DNA of 64,000 nucleotides, taken from assembly GCF_000150275.1 (NCBI RefSeq), contig NW_002060946.1, forward strand, positions 4,731,454 through 4,795,453, in the 5' to 3' direction. The notes under the pieces are model-generated. The model worked only from the letters and a program-made list of their open reading frames with translations. It had not been told where the DNA came from and did no database searches. Below, one piece after another: positions 61,135 through 64,000 of this stretch; the stretch's first letter is position 1; each line of letters begins with the position of its first letter. The DNA is from Trichoplax adhaerens (lineage: Eukaryota; Animalia; Placozoa). The position numbers and the translations under genes were made by a program.

Positions 61135-63951
61135 ATGGCAAGTGGGTTGAAGAAGAAGACCGAGTTAACATGGCTTTCCTTGCTTGTCATAATGTTTCTA
61201 TCGCCCAGATTCATTCATGCTATGACACCGGCACAACTAATTGCTCGATATAAATCATTACATCAACCATCCGTCAAACCCAATCTTAACAGCGTATCAA
61301 GTCAATGTTTACAGAGCATCAATGATACATTTATCAAATCCTCATCAAGCCAAGATGTGACCAGAAGTAAGTCTTTCATCAAAATATCTCTTGGTAGATA
61401 GACAACGCAGTCGTTACACAAGCTAGTATCGCCAAGAACTAGCAAAATTCAATACCTACTCTATGAGTTCTAGATGTACCTCACCAGCAATATCACTCAC
61501 TGACTATTCACTGATGAATACGCTTTATGTCAACTACCCGCGCTATTAGCACTATCTGAATAATAATAGACGGAAAACACATCTCTATCGATTAATAAGG
61601 ACACATTAAATGAGAGTACTTTAAAGATTACTATAAAAAAGAGAGCAATAAAATAAGTGCTATTCAAGCTTAAAGCATTGGAATCTACTGTAAAAACATA
61701 CTCTACTCTCACCTCTCTGTCATTTAATACGGACTTGATACAGTAAATAATACTGTACTTAAAGTTTTAAACGAGATCATTCAAAATTTCAACATCCAGT
61801 AATGAATTACTCCTTTCTTAATCTTGCAAGTGTATATATACAGATGAATGAGAATTCATACTGGATACATGATTGAATCTTGAATCATCGATTTGATCAG
61901 TGCCTTCATCAATACGATATTCGTACACTTGTAATCATCACTTGAACGGCCTCTAGAAACTCTTACCGTCAACGCTAAATTAGTCATGGTCGGCCGCGAC
62001 CGAGTCAAAAACGATACTGGTCATATAATAATCTTAAAAATTCTCGCTTAGCAGTAAGTAAACATGTATAAGGCCCAACCAGTATTGATGTCGATAATTC
62101 TGATCCTGAATGACCCAAGCGATGGTGCATGACAGTCAGAATCTATACCGTACTCCTGAATTTTTACCATTTCCGATCGCGTGTTAGAATGCTGACAATA
62201 AACAGACTACCGACTGTGTCAATATGCTCATCTTTTACTACATCATTTAATTAATATATAATATCTTGTAATCCTATAGTAATCGATGCAACCGGAAAAA
62301 TAGGAGCTGGAATCTTAGTCGGTAACTTAGTTTGGCTGGGCTCGTACGATGAATGTCTGAGCATAAAAACTACTCATTACTGTACCGTTGCAGCCACAAT
62401 CATTGACCCGAAACATAATCAGGTATGGTAAATTGCAAAATGGCGAAAATTATAATTCTATCGCGTTAAGTCTTCTACAGTGTAAATATATGGCATAACT
62501 GGATCCATATCAGCATAGCATTGATAATATATGATAATTACTCCTTCGCCTTTCAATCAGAACTCAAATGAATTAATTTTTCCATTAACTTTCATAATTA
62601 ATTAATCAAATTGACATTTTTAAAACGTGTATTTGTAGTCTTCGGTATTACGTTGGGGTGTATGCTTACCTAAAGGCTGCAATGAACAGGATATCGCTTC
62701 ATCAATTGAATTTTTGTTAGGTAAGAATTGCATTATTTGATTGCCTTGATGCCGTAAATTGAGCAAATATGAAAGAAAGGCACAATAGTATTTTACATAT
62801 AATCTTCATTAATGGATTATAATTACTAATCACTTTTTACTTCTCTTATATTAGATATCTTTCATATTAAGACAGTTAAAGTATACGGTAGCACAGTCTA
62901 CTGTGCTCACGAATCTCCCTATACTTTTGGCAGTATTTTCACAATGTAAGACTTAAGATGCGTTGCAAGTAAAAATGATCATCTCATATAATTTGAAATT
63001 CGCTTATCTGCAAAGTACCAATTGTAATAGCCTAATTAAGAAGCAAATACTTGCACATTTTCCTATCATATAAGTGCACATGCTTAAAGCAGGATAACAT
63101 GTATATATTTCAGTGCCAGTTATTATTACCATGAAGTAATTTATAATGTTGTTCGCATTTATTCTTTAACAATAGACTGACTTTAGTAATTGTACTTAAT
63201 GGAATCCGATGTATTTTTATTACAGAGTATTATGTGGTATATTATTAGTCCTAGTTATTGTTGGTACCATTATTGAGGCATGCCAAATGCGTAAAAAGGA
63301 TCAGAGGTTGCATATTTACGAAGATGCCAACACTATCAAACCTATTATTAATGAAGATACTCCACTGGTGAATACGTTGTCTGTTGGTGAGAACCTATAT
63401 TTTAAAGCAATAATTCATGATAAACTATCTCACGAACTACTGTATATTTCAGTAATATAAAATATCTGATCTTTATATTACACAATTCTTCATTAAATCT
63501 ATCTTTTCATTTTTATAGAAAAGGAAAATCATTTAATAACAGAACTTTTACTGGCCTTTTCTGTACGAAAAAATTCAATCGCTATCTTCAACACCAGCAG
63601 TTCCGCTAAAAATGTGTTATGCCTTAACGGTTTACGCACCATCAGTATGTTTTGGGTGATATTAGGTCATACATTTCTTTGGCCACTTATAACGGGGAAT
63701 TTAGGTAAGTATTGTTGCAATTTACAAATAACATAATTTATCTTTGATCAGTTACTATTGTGCAGTACTACAGCTGTAATTTGCGCGGATTAATTGCGTA
63801 GCTTATTAATGAGCATATAGAAGTATGTTAATGGGTCCTCGTAATATCCTTTTACAGAAAACGTTGTGATTGGCCTAGAACAACTACACTTCTTTACTTT
63901 TCAAGCAGTTAGCAACGCATTTTTCTGCGTTGATAGCTTCTTTTTTATCAG
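61135..63951 (+). CDS. NRF-6 / O-acyltransferase-like membrane protein, 5' part (truncated by window); exons 61135-61366, 62280-62422, 62639-62720, 62855-62945, 63226-63386, 63519-63704, 63858-63951
   Basis: Signal peptide; NRF-domain motifs IDATGKIGAGILVGNLVWLGSYDECL and WGVCLPKGC; a TM helix; then Acyl_transf_3 motifs LAFSVRKN, CLNGLRTISMFWVILGHT and NAFFCVDSFFFIS. Confidence 0.92.
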
Positions 63952-64000
63952 GTAAGAACATTACTATAATTTATGAGATAATATTAAGCATAGGGAGCTT

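Overview
AT-rich, intron-dense animal genomic DNA. Its composition, very short GT-AG introns and gene content suggest a placozoan such as Trichoplax (inference only). Right three quarters: six multi-exon genes reconstructed by hand. These are NFU1 (+), an inositol polyphosphate multikinase IPMK (-), a NAK-family kinase AAK1/BMP2K (+), a Cys-rich L-gulonolactone-oxidase-like flavoprotein (-), a large BEACH/WD40 gene WDFY3/ALFY that stops exactly before the expected FYVE domain (+), and the 5' part of an NRF-6/OACYL-type acyltransferase (+). The main result lies in the first 14 kb and is only half visible in the ORF track: a cluster of small secreted prepro-peptide genes, with two intact copies, one clear pseudogene and one decayed remnant. 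Each has a signal peptide and acidic pro-region on one coding exon. A phase-0 intron follows, then a second exon encoding an extremely Arg-rich aromatic peptide ending in the amidation signal GKK-stop. One copy carries 8 perfect LYYRRR repeats (39 of 78 residues are Arg). The layout resembles arminin/trichoplaxin-type antimicrobial precursors, but the RRR-aromatic block-repeat mature peptides are unusual.
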